A stretch of DNA of 64,000 bases from assembly GCF_009914755.1 (NCBI RefSeq), contig NC_060939.1. One strand, given 5' to 3'. This document shows, piece by piece, positions 1-11,710 of this stretch (positions within the stretch are counted from its first letter, which is position 1; every line of letters starts with the position of its first letter). This DNA comes from the human T2T-CHM13v2.0 reference genome, Homo sapiens. The notes below the pieces were generated by a model. The model was given only the letters and a program-made list of their open reading frames with translations. It was not told where the DNA came from and did no database searches. The translations under genes were made by a program, and so were the position numbers.

Positions 1-1085
1 GATGTGATGGCTATAGGAGGTGTAGGGGAAAAAAAACATTCTAGACTAGTGCACACCATTGTCCCATAAGAGAATTTCACTTTTTAGGCAAAATCTCAGA
101 AGATTGGATATACGAACAGGTTGCTTTGGGATAATGGAAAATATGAGCTCATTAGCACCAGGTTTGTTATTTGTTCTACAACAAAAAAGTAAATTACAAT
201 GCATTAGTGGAGTTAGTGTTGTTTTTAATGTGCATGGGGATACAATAAAACTTTTATTAGGGAAGTGTGATAGTATGTTTGTGCTACAGTATCAGCATCC
301 TGCTCTTGTACAACAGCCAATCATGTGGCCCAGTGGAACATTCTTATAATGATGTAATAAAATTTGACTCTGATATTGTAAAATATGTTTATGGTAAGGC
401 TGTTGGGATATTTTTACGCAATCTTATTAGAGCAGGTGCCTAAACCTATTATATTTTGTAGTCCAATTTCAGTGGAATTTTTAAAATGTCAAATTTCTAA
501 TCTGGAGTTTGAATGCTGAAATGATCACGTTATGATGCAAAATGTGATCTGCAGCCTCCCCCTCCCCCAGGCCTCATGGATATGAGATGGCACGAAATTG
601 CCATCTTAAAGCAGAAATCTAATCGAGAGTTTTCTCAATGAACACAATGCTATTGGCTATACTGCAGAATTTGTCCCACGGACGATTGGGCATTAAAAAA
701 AATAGTAACTATAAGTACATGTAACTATTTTTTTCTGGGTCCTCCTTATTGAATACAGTGTATTCTTAGTTATTTTTCTTCTCCTGTTGTTCAACACTTT
801 TCTCCTCTGGCTTATCATCACTTTGAGGCCCCAGCAACATGCATCAAATAATGCATGTCCACAAAAGACAGTTGGCCAGGAAATCTAAGGACAATGCTTG
901 GGAAAGAAAGAAAGGCCATCTATCCCTAAGCTTTGGACTAGGACCTAGGTTTATAGAACTCCTCTTATTCAGAATAGCGTGAGTTGCTCAAAAGTGGACA
1001 TTGCTGATTCATGTTGGAGAGGTGGAGATACGGTCTTTAGTGTAAATAATTGTGTTTATTGAATAAAGCACAATGAACCTGTACA
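1..1085 (+). other. Probable distal end of an mRNA 3' UTR (gene not identified)
   Basis: Repeat-free AT/U-rich sequence with several TGTA motifs. AATAAA at 244, 356 and 1062. Interspersed repeats begin only after ~1160. Confidence 0.4.
1062..1067 (+). terminator. Candidate polyadenylation signal AATAAA
   Basis: AATAAA preceded by TGTAAATA (1041-1048) and a U-rich tract. The downstream GU-rich element is weak. Confidence 0.4.
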
Positions 1086-1166
1086 GGTTACAAGGCTAAT
1101 AGATAGCAAGAAGAATAGGAAGGGTTCAAAACTCTTCTTAATTTTTAGACTAAAATGAGCCTAGAG

Positions 1167-1402
1167 CAGAATTTTCTGAAGTGTTTTTCCTAGAAGATGT
1201 GCTTCATAAAACATATATCAAAGCCAAAGAAATTTAGACAACTTTGCATATAGTACTAATTATAGTATTATTTGCTGGGCACATTTGCATATTAAAGGCT
1301 CTGAGAAGTTCCGCGGCAAAAACTTTGCATTAATAGCACTAATTTTAAAACCGTTTGATCATGTAATTCATTTGTTTTTGCACAGTACACTAGAAAGTGT
1401 TG
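1167..1402. mobile_element. hAT-Charlie non-autonomous DNA transposon, MER112-like
   Basis: Contains GCATATTAAAGGCTCTGAGAAGT, recalled from MER112-type consensus; degenerate CAG...TG termini. Confidence 0.55.
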
Positions 1403-1882
1403 TAACTGAGAAAAAAGTATAGGCAACATATGTGGTTAGAATAAAAGATTTAAAAAATGTTTTAAAGATTGTGGTTTAATTATTCAAATAATTAGTAATA
1501 TATAATTTTAAAGCTTGAAAGGGCCTATCTTCCTTGTCACTTTAGGGCAGTTTATGTTTTAAATAATATTTGCTAACTTCTTTCATTGAAAACACTTCAT
1601 TAAACCAATTTTGTTAATTATATTTCCAAAAGGCAAAATGCTTGAAATTTTTTACAATCAAACCTAAATTAATTAAGATCCTTAGGGGATTAAAATTCCA
1701 GTTAATTAAATTTTTTAAACAGAAAATTAAACAGAAAAGCTTTTTTGTTTCAACTTATTGGGAATTTGTCTTAAATGTATGGGCATGTTTTCATATTTTA
1801 CAATGAATTGCTCTCGATTATAATTAAATTTTGTTCCATCATTTAGAATTTTACACAATACCTCTGAATTATCATTCTAAAT

Positions 1883-2225
1883 ATGATTCTAAAGATCTAG
1901 AGGACTGTGGTAGTAGACACTCAACATGCAAGAGATTAAGTTGAATTGAATTGGTAAGGAACTTGACCCGACTTGGGTCACAGGTCCATCACTGGTGAGC
2001 CTGCATATTGAATTGAGTGTTGAAGTGAGGAGCTGTCCTACTATATAAATATCATGATTCTAAAGATCTAGAGGACTGTAGTAGTAGACACTCAACATGT
2101 AGGAGATTAAGTTGAATTGAACTGGTAAGGAACTTGGCTCTCACCGACCTGACTTGGGTCATAGGTCCATCACTGGTGTGTGTGCATATTGAAAGAATGT
2201 GTATGTGAGGAGCTGTCCTACTATA
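1883..2225. repeat. Two-copy tandem duplication, ~170-bp unit (1883-2045; 2054-2225)
   Basis: Both copies start ATGATTCTAAAGATCTAGAGGACTGT and end GTGAGGAGCTGTCCTACTATA. Confidence 0.95.
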
Positions 2226-2295
2226 AGCACATAGCTTGGGAGTGGAAAAATGCTGATTCACTGCCCTCAAAGAAGATAAAATTGGCATTATGCTT

Positions 2296-2297
<2 letters not shown>

Positions 2298-2329
<32 letters not shown>
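2298..2329. repeat. (CA)n microsatellite
   Basis: Directly visible. Confidence 0.98.
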
Positions 2330-2331
<2 letters not shown>

Positions 2332-2842
2332 ACAGCTGATTGATACAGTTGCTTTATTAATTGGTTGTAATCCAACTTGTGAGACTTTATAATTTGCTTA
2401 TGTTTTTCTACAAAATTTAGATACAGGACTTTTTGGCATTGCTAATCACAAAGTATATTAAATTTTTTAAAAAGTAAGGGGCTGAATTTTGTTCATAAAT
2501 GAATTGCAAATATTTCAACATAGGGGAATTCAAATATTTTTAAAAAATTGATTTCTCTATATAGCAGGTGTAGGTTATTAACTATATGCAACATTCTACC
2601 TCTGTTTGATCACTTCATTGTGCCTGCTCTTGGGCAACTGGGTATAGATAAAGGCATATGCAAGATATTCCAGACCTCATTACAACTATGTAAGGATGTC
2701 CCTTCCAGAGGGAATGGGCGGAGAGTATAGATGAATCAGAATAAAAAGATTTCCTCTTCATACACACACAAACATACTCTGTGCCCATATCAATAGATTA
2801 TTATGCATAGAGTGAACATGGTTATCTACTGCAACATTAATA

Positions 2843-2960
2843 CAGTAGAAAGCTCCCTGGCCTTGGAATCTGAAGGTCTGAGTTTTAGAACTTTTCTTTG
2901 GCAAGTCTTTTCACTTGGTCTCAGTTTTCTCATCTGTAAGATGAAGTCTTTTTAACTACC
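2843..2960 (+). mobile_element. MIR SINE fragment
   Basis: Core motif TCTCAGTTTTCTCATCTGTAAGATG. Confidence 0.7.
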
Positions 2961-3064
2961 AGAAGAGCTCTAAGTGTACAATATTCTACAATAACTTTAT
3001 ATATCCTGTCACATTTCCCTTCATGTATTAGCTTCTGGGAAAATCCAAATGGAATTTAATATTG

Positions 3065-3180
3065 GTTCGATAAATAACAATTATACATGAGCACATACTG
3101 ATGTCTAGACACTAAACTTGACAATAGAGATTCATCAGTGAACAAAGTTCCTGCTTTCATTGAGTTTGCATTCTACTTAA
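3065..3180 (-). mobile_element. L2 3' fragment
   Basis: TGAGCACATACT...CAGTGAACAAAG...CCTGCTTTCATTGAGTTTGCATTCTA resembles the antisense L2 3' end. Confidence 0.55.
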
Positions 3181-4789
3181 CTCACAGAAATATATCAACC
3201 TACACTTTAAGAATAAAGTTTGTATCCATGTCTAACACAGTTTTGGATTTCTTTTCTATGTGATTTCATCTACTTCATCATTTAATTATCTTTGTTGTAA
3301 ACAACCTCAAATAGTCTTCAGGAAAGCAGGAAAGGTCTTAAATAAAAATAAATAATGCTCTTGGACACTATGGAGAGCAACAAGCATGTCTAAAAGCCCC
3401 AAACTTAAGAATAAGTTGAATAAGAATAAGAGAGACTCCTGGAGCAGAATTGTGTTATGGGCAATGCATCTTCAAAACAGGACACGTTTCTTTAACTAGT
3501 TAGAGTCTTTAATGGAAGAAAAGAACAGGAAAGTCAGGGAATAGTGATTTTGACTCACACCACTGAGGAAGGTCATTAGAAAGAAGCATCAATAAGGCTT
3601 TTTAAACCTTTCCTACTTGTAACACACAGAGCCAAGCTTATAGGAAAACTGGAACTACAAAAATTACAAATGGCAACGCTATTATTTGGCACATAGTTGC
3701 CAAAGGCATTCAATATAAAGATTTTACAGAGGTGTCAACTGATACATAGCAAACACACAAACAGTCTCCAACACTGTAAAATAGGCAAGGAAAGCTAGGG
3801 CAAAATATTAAGTATATAAATTATATACATACATATTTTTTGCGATACAGGCTGGGGAAGTGCTTGCTAGGCACTGTAGTTAAAATGAGCAATAAATACC
3901 AGGGCTAATGCTGCCAATGTCTTGTTGGGCATGGGTGGGGAGGGGGGGGTTCCATTCAATATAGTTTTGATTTTCCAGTCTGTGGTTCCAATTCACATTT
4001 TGGAAAATGAAATGGTTAGAATATTTCTTGCTGGTCTGTTATACATTTAAAACAGGTTTCAATGCTCTCTCTCTCTCTCTCACCATCAGGACTCATTTGA
4101 GGAGTCAGACATGTGAAAGAGAACATTGACTGCTTTTTAGGATCAGCCTCCTCTTCCACCCAAGATAAGGCTTTGCTGCAGAGGTCAAACAACTGTCCTT
4201 TCTCCTCCCCAGGACATTCCTGGGGAGGAGAAAGTGAAGGCACAACCTCACTGGTGCTGGAAAGCATTGCAACAGAAAGAAGTGGTTCACTTTCTCTAGG
4301 CATCATTCCACTTTCTGGGAAACACAAGCTTGAATTGGAGTACAGTAGTGACCTTGCATTGAAATAGCACACTCTGTAACCCTGTCACAGCCAAGGCAAT
4401 GAAACGATGACAATTTCCCGTTTAACTTTTTATATTCCTATTTTGTTTTACTTTACAAATCTGGTGAGAAAACACCATCTTCCTTTAAATTCAGGTAAAA
4501 GAGATGTCACAGATTAAAAATGCAAATATTGGGGAAGACGCGTGCAAATGACAGAGACTTAGTGGGAAAGAGTGAGGGAGTAAAAGCCGGAGGACATCCT
4601 TCTGTGTGCTAGCTATTTACTCTGGATTTTTCCAGTCGCAAGAAGAAAATTACAACGTGTATAATGAATGCCAAATAGAAAATAAAGTCATTTTTATTTA
4701 ACTTTGGGATGAAGGTAATCTTCGTATTTGTCTGCCAATGTGTCTTTGATTGTGTTTTATTTGGGCTAATGTTAATATGAATCAATGAG

Positions 4790-4900
4790 CTCTTAGAATT
4801 CATCGAACTCCCAACTCTCATTTTGCAGATGGAGAAGCAAAGTCAAGTTAGGGGAATTACGAGACTGGAGCTCCAACCCAGGGCGGTGGCTTCAGTCAGA
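4790..4900 (-). mobile_element. MIR fragment
   Basis: CTCATTTTGCAGATGGAGAA core motif. Confidence 0.55.
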
Positions 4901-5749
4901 GCTTTTTCCATGTGGACTGAGACAGCACACAAGGGCTCAAGCAGGGAATGCGACCTGGACACTCTGGGCAGGGCTTGGGAAATTTTTTTAGCTTGAATTT
5001 TAAATAAAACTTTAAATTTCAGATGCGACCAATGATACGAGCAGCAGGCTGTTAAGATCACAAACACGGGGCAGGAATGGTTCCCCGAGCGGTCAGTCCT
5101 CCACAGACATGCCTCTCTCTCGAGTGTTCCCCCAACTTGATGGTCTGTTACTCCAGGCTGCAGCAGAGGTTCATGGTGATATCCCTTCCCTGGCCACTTC
5201 CTGTAATTCTGCAATTTGGGCACAAGAGTCCCCTACATACCTGTGCATGCAGCCTTTCTGCCTGAGCACCTCACTCACGACAACATGCTTATATTTGTAC
5301 AGCTCTGAGTACTTTCATAACTACTCCCTCATTTAAAAGTCATCAGAACAGCTGAGGGCAGACAAGGACACTGAGGCTCAGACATGGAACTTTACACTTA
5401 GAACTACCTTTCTGAGCTCTGTCCCTCAGCCTACTAACTTGAACAAATATCTTAAATAGTATGAGTTCAATAAAATGAAAAAAGACAAAGTTACCTCATT
5501 TACTACCACTAGTTCTAGAAAGGCAAATGTTATCAAGAATAATATTTTATATAAAGGCACGGATTTACAAAGTAGATAAATTTGAGAGCAGTGTATTGGA
5601 CTGCAAGAGAAACCCAACTCCAAACCACCACACCTTTTAAAAAAAAACAGTCACCCCCCTCAAATTTTATCCAGTTAAGGGAAAAAAAATCTTAGTTTAC
5701 TTACAACTTATGAGCACATTTGTTATGCGAATTGAAATATATCTGCTGG

Positions 5750-6066
<317 letters not shown>

Positions 6067-7219
6067 TTAAAGAAATAAAAAATTATTTTTTAAAAAATAT
6101 ATTGAGTACCTTTTACATAGCAGAGCCTGTGTTAGGTTTTTTGGTTAATGAGAAAATAAGTCACAGTCCCACCTGGGAGACTTCACGACCCATTTACTTG
6201 TCTCCATGAAGCCATGTACTAAAGCCGCTGTTGCAGAAATATCACAGGATGCAGATATTTACAATAAGGAAAGTCTCAGGGAAAAAAAAGGCTAATAATG
6301 AAGGTGACGTCAATGGCTAAATATTCATCTATAATTATCAAAGTCAGTTTGCGTAGGCGATATACCTGCTTATCGATATGAGATAAAGCACTTTTAAAAA
6401 AGCATATCAGAAAGCAAGTCGGTGTGAATGTTGTTGTTCTAGGAAAAGGTAATCTAATTTATAAAATCAGTAAGTTGCCCACAAACTGTAGCACTTTGTT
6501 TTATTAGTAACAAATGACGTAAGACACACCTCACAACCGAGGTTGGGGAACAGTTGCTCAGCAGCTGTGAAAGCCTGGGAATCTAACTGCAGTTTCACAA
6601 TTTCACCTCCGGACCTGACTAGTCATTTCATTTTAAGATGGTTAAAATCTATAACACACACACACACAAACACAAACACAAACACACAAAATGATCTCTG
6701 TCCACTAGTTCCTATAGAAACACAGGAAATACTGCACCCAGAACTCACCTTCCCTAACACTCCAGACCTCTCCCCAGCCTTGCTGTTGACAGTTCACCTG
6801 TTAGGCTCATGAGGGGCTTGGAAAGGTCCACTGAGCTCACGATAAAAAGAGTTCAAAGTCCCACAGCATCTTTGTAGCCCACGAGCTACTGACAGTTCAC
6901 ACTGCTCCAAGCAAGGAGCAGGTATTGGAGCTGGGAATGGTGGGGCAACACCCAGCTCTCTGGGGGCAGGACTGGATTCTAAGCCCAGCCACAGGGAACA
7001 GACGAGGAGGGATGCTCAGAAATGGAAGCATCTTGGCTTTCCTCAGCTTTTCTGTTTCTGCTATTGATTACTAGGGTTAGAAGCAAACTGAAGAAGAAGA
7101 ATAAAAACTATGTAAAGGCCTTTCCCAGTCCCAAGAAGATGAATGCCATCCTGAGAATCGAGGACGAGCATTTAAGGTGACTTTTTGCATGTGTATCATT
7201 GTTTTAAACTTGTATTGCA

Positions 7220-7568
<349 letters not shown>

Positions 7569-8283
7569 CTAAGGCTGTTTATATTAATAATCCTTTCAAA
7601 ACCTAAAGTTGAAATTTAAATCTTTTCGATTTCCTTTTTGGTTATTTTTCCCCTTTCCTTCATTGCGGGAACTCACTGATTTATTATCTCCTGGATATTT
7701 CCTGGGCCCTGGTGACTTTATTCTGGGAACTAAGAGATAATCAGGTGGTCCTCAAACCTTTCTTCTTAAAGTTGATGCTTGTATCTACAAAAAAGAGAAC
7801 TATCTAAGGAAAGAATTCACAGGGGTGTGGATATTAATGCTTTTGATGAGTAAATAAATCCAGCCTCACGAAATGCATTGCAACATTTTCAGTTCATTGT
7901 TTTTCCTGCTGTCTGTGTCATGATTGGATGCCCCTGTGCCAGATACATTGTGTTTACCAATTGATATATTGCAAATAGTCAATACGGAAAAGCAGAAATT
8001 ATTGTATTACAGGAAATATAGTTTAGAATCATTTCTCTATATACATGCCACCTAATGGCCTAGCTATATAAAATAAAAGGTTATCAATCAGACACTCACT
8101 TTTCTATGATGATTTTGATTTTAAAAATAATCACAACACACTATACAAGATACCCCACACTAAGGAAATGTCATACAATTAGCATTGAACTCTTTCTACA
8201 AGCCAGCATTCCAATAGATAGGTTCTTCTGTTCTTGGTTTTGTTTTTAACCTAATACAGTTTTCCATTTGATTCTTTTCATAA

Positions 8284-8718
<435 letters not shown>

Positions 8719-9107
8719 TAGTAGGTAAGTCCTTCAGAAGCAAGTCACCTTCCTCCTCCCATTTCTACTCTGAGCATAGTTGAAGTCCAAAAGACTTACC
8801 CAAATGCCTCATGTTAGTTTAACCGGAGAGCTGCTCTGTCTCAGAGCTGGAGTCTGAGGGGGGGACCTAGTCAGCTGGAGTGGCCGGTAATCCAGCATTA
8901 AGTTTTGAGTTGTTTGCTCTCTTGTGGTGCAATTCTTTTATTCCAGCTTATTAAACTTTGCTGTGTACACAAATGCTTTCTGCAAGTGTGTTTTTTTTAA
9001 AAACCATGGAAAGAGATGGTCCATGGACCTGTCAATGTGAAACAGAGGGATGAGGCCCAGGAGGTGAGACGCCAGTAAGAGTGAACGGTTAAGAAAAGTC
9101 AGAACCA

Positions 9108-9410
9108 GGCCGGGCGCGGTGGCTCATGCCTATAATCCTAGCACGTTGGGAGGCCGAGACAGACAGCCTGAGCTCAGGAGTTCAAGAACATCCTGGGGAA
9201 TATGGTAAAACCCTGTCTCCACTAAAATACAAAAAATTAGCCAGGTGTAGTGGTGCACGCCTGTAGTCCTAGCTACTTGGGAGGCTGAGGCAGGAGAATC
9301 ACTTGAACCCAGGAGGCAGAGGTTTGCAGTGAGCCGAGATCACACCATTGCACTACAGCCTGGATAACAGAGCAAGGGTCTGTCTCCAAAGAAAAAAGAA
9401 AAGAAAAGAA
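9108..9410 (+). mobile_element. Alu (S/J intermediate features)
   Basis: Dimeric Alu, (GAAAA)n tail, 16-bp TSD AAGAAAAGTCAGAACC (9091-9106 / 9411-9426). Confidence 0.97.
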
Positions 9411-9587
9411 AAGAAAAGTCAGAACCCCAGATCAGACTAGGTCAACAGACGTTAGAGAAAACCGAGGAGTCTCTGAGGTTTAGGGAGAGACACTGAGTTT
9501 CCCACTGTACATAAATAAAATGGAGGTTTTTACCCAAATACTTTTAAATTTTCAAGAAGGTCACTTTTAATTCACACATCAAAGATA

Positions 9588-9670
9588 TAATATATGCAAG
9601 GCACTTAGCACAGAGCCTGGCCCATGGTATTATCTTAATAAATGGTGATGATGATGATGATGATGATGAT
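9588..9670 (+). mobile_element. MIR 3' end followed by (TGA)n
   Basis: AAGGCACTTAGCACAGAGCCTGGC...AATAAATGG followed by (GAT)n. Confidence 0.7.
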
Positions 9671-10261
9671 TTTACATTCAAAGTGACAAAGGGTTTTCTA
9701 TTTTCTCTCTTTATCATCAGCAAGTTTTAGCAATTGCAAGCAGTTATCACCGAAAAATAGTGTTGTTGGACACCAATTCGATTTTCTCGTACCTGCAAGT
9801 CTCATCAAGCTCCCAGAGCTTTTCTAAATGGGCTTTATTCTGTCACTTCTGGGCACTCAGAAGCACTTGTCCTCAAGCTCCCTAGGACAGGAGCTGGAAA
9901 ATAGGAGGGAAACATTGTCAAAGCCTAAATGTTATTTGGGGAGTAGTTGGCTTCTCACGTTTCACAGTGAATGGAAGGTACTTGATGGTACCTAGGCATG
10001 CGGCCTTGTGTGAATGTCTTCCTTATAGCAGAAATCCCATCCCATCCTACCTCTCCACACCCCAGAGAGAAAACAGGATCAAGGGAAGTCAGAGTTCGTT
10101 CCAAAGAGAATGACCTCCACCCCAAGTCTTATCACAAATATAAGCATCTTGTGAGCAAACTACTTTTCCTTCTGAATTTGAAAGACTCTCTAAGTGAGCT
10201 CATCTCTATCCAGAGAAAAGGCCAAGGTGTAAGAGAATAGATCCCCAAATCCTTCCTCAGT

Positions 10262-10688
10262 TGTTTTAGCCTATTTGTGCTGCTACACCAAAATAGCTGA
10301 AACTAGGTAATTTATAAAGCAGAGAAATGTATTTCTTGCTGTTCTGGAGGCTGGAAAGTCTAAGATCAAGGTGCCAGCAGGTTCAGTGCCTGGAGAGGAC
10401 CCATCCTCTGCTTCCAAAACTGTACTTCGTCGCTACGTCCTCACATGGCAGAAGAGGCCAAAGTTGTGTCCTTGCATGATGGAAGGCTGAAGGGCAAAAG
10501 AAGATAGAGAGGGAGAACTCTCTCCCTCATCAAGTTCTTTTTGTAAGGACCTCTACTCTTATCCATGAAAGCAGAGCTCTCATATCCTAATCACCCCCTA
10601 AAGGCCCTACCTCTTAATACTACTGTTAAGTTAGAAATTAAGTTTCAACACGAATTTTGGAGGAGACACAAACATTCAAGCTATGTCA
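10262..10688 (-). mobile_element. MaLR solo LTR, MSTB-like
   Basis: TG...CA termini; 5-bp TSD TCAGT/TCAAT; GTTCTGGAGGCTGGAAAGTCTAAGATCAAGG motif. Confidence 0.9.
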
Positions 10689-10971
10689 TCAATGCCCATA
10701 TCCAGACCAGGCAGTGAAAATAACTACCAAGATTTCTAATGGAGGAGTCACTACTTTCAGGTTCCCTGATGCCAGGTTCCATGACTTCCTTGGTCATGCC
10801 AACATATTGCAGGGAAACGCATCATTATTATAACGTAGCATTCCGTTGGCAACTTGATGTTAGCACTCAAACAATCCTTGTGTCCCCGTTAAGAATTTTC
10901 CCTCCAAAAGGCTGCAAACTCATGCATCCAAGTCATTATGATACATTATTGTAAAGCCTTGGGGGAATGGA

Positions 10972-11028
10972 TGTGTGTCTGTGTGTATGTGCGTGCGTGC
11001 ATGAATGTGTGTGAGTGCGCCTGTGTGA
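10972..11028. repeat. Degenerate (TG)n
   Basis: Directly visible. Confidence 0.85.
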
Positions 11029-11604
11029 ATGACGTAACTAGGAACCCTGCACTCGAAGACAAAATTTCAAATCACCTTTCATACACGGCACCCTATAACC
11101 ACCCTAAAAAGTCAGCAACTCTAAATAAATGAGATTCAAAACCAGATAAAAATATAAGAATTATTAGCAAAAACTTGAAACCCATGTTTGTAAACCTGCA
11201 TTCCCCTAAGAATGAGCAGCCAGAGGTTATTGAGGAGAATATTAAAAATAGAATGATGTTAGGTTATTGAAACGTATTTAAGTGTTCTAAAAATGTAAAC
11301 ACTAAGATTTAGAGGGCTGTGATTTATTGCTCTAGCTAAAAATCCGATAATACATCACGGCAGATGTGAACATGGTCATCAACTTTTGAAGGGTAAAAAT
11401 GAGATACCTGTCCAGGATGTCTAGCAGTTCCCTCCCCTGGATCTTTTGTGTAGCTGTGTAGCTGAATAGAAATTTTCTCAGCATTCTTTTCCTCTGGAGA
11501 AAAGCAAAGAAGTTTCCTCTGTGGAGCACACACCCTGGACTTAGCACCAAACAAAGTGCTTTAAGTACATCTACTTTAGTAGGTGTAGATATTATGTATG
11601 ATGT

Positions 11605-11710
11605 AGATATTAGTGGCTCCGTTTCCCAGGGCAGAAATCTGAGAATCAGAGAAGTTAAATAATAAGGCCGAAGTCACACAGCTAGTGGAGGAAAACTAGA
11701 ATTCAGTTGT
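11605..11710 (-). mobile_element. MIR fragment
   Basis: CAGAGAAGTTAAATAA...GTCACACAGCTAGT. Confidence 0.7.

Noticed and set aside
1-1085. Assigning a gene name to the UTR-like segment
   Set aside because: I do not recognise the sequence with confidence; it needs an alignment.
1883-2225. Tandem repeat considered as a snoRNA pair or CRISPR-like array
   Set aside because: There are no proper C/D or H/ACA boxes, only two long units, and the context is eukaryotic.
4066-4372. (CT)n tract followed by CAG as a possible splice acceptor, with overlapping ORFs
   Set aside because: No convincing paired donor or recognisable protein. Isolated splice-like motifs (also GTAAGT at several sites) are expected by chance.
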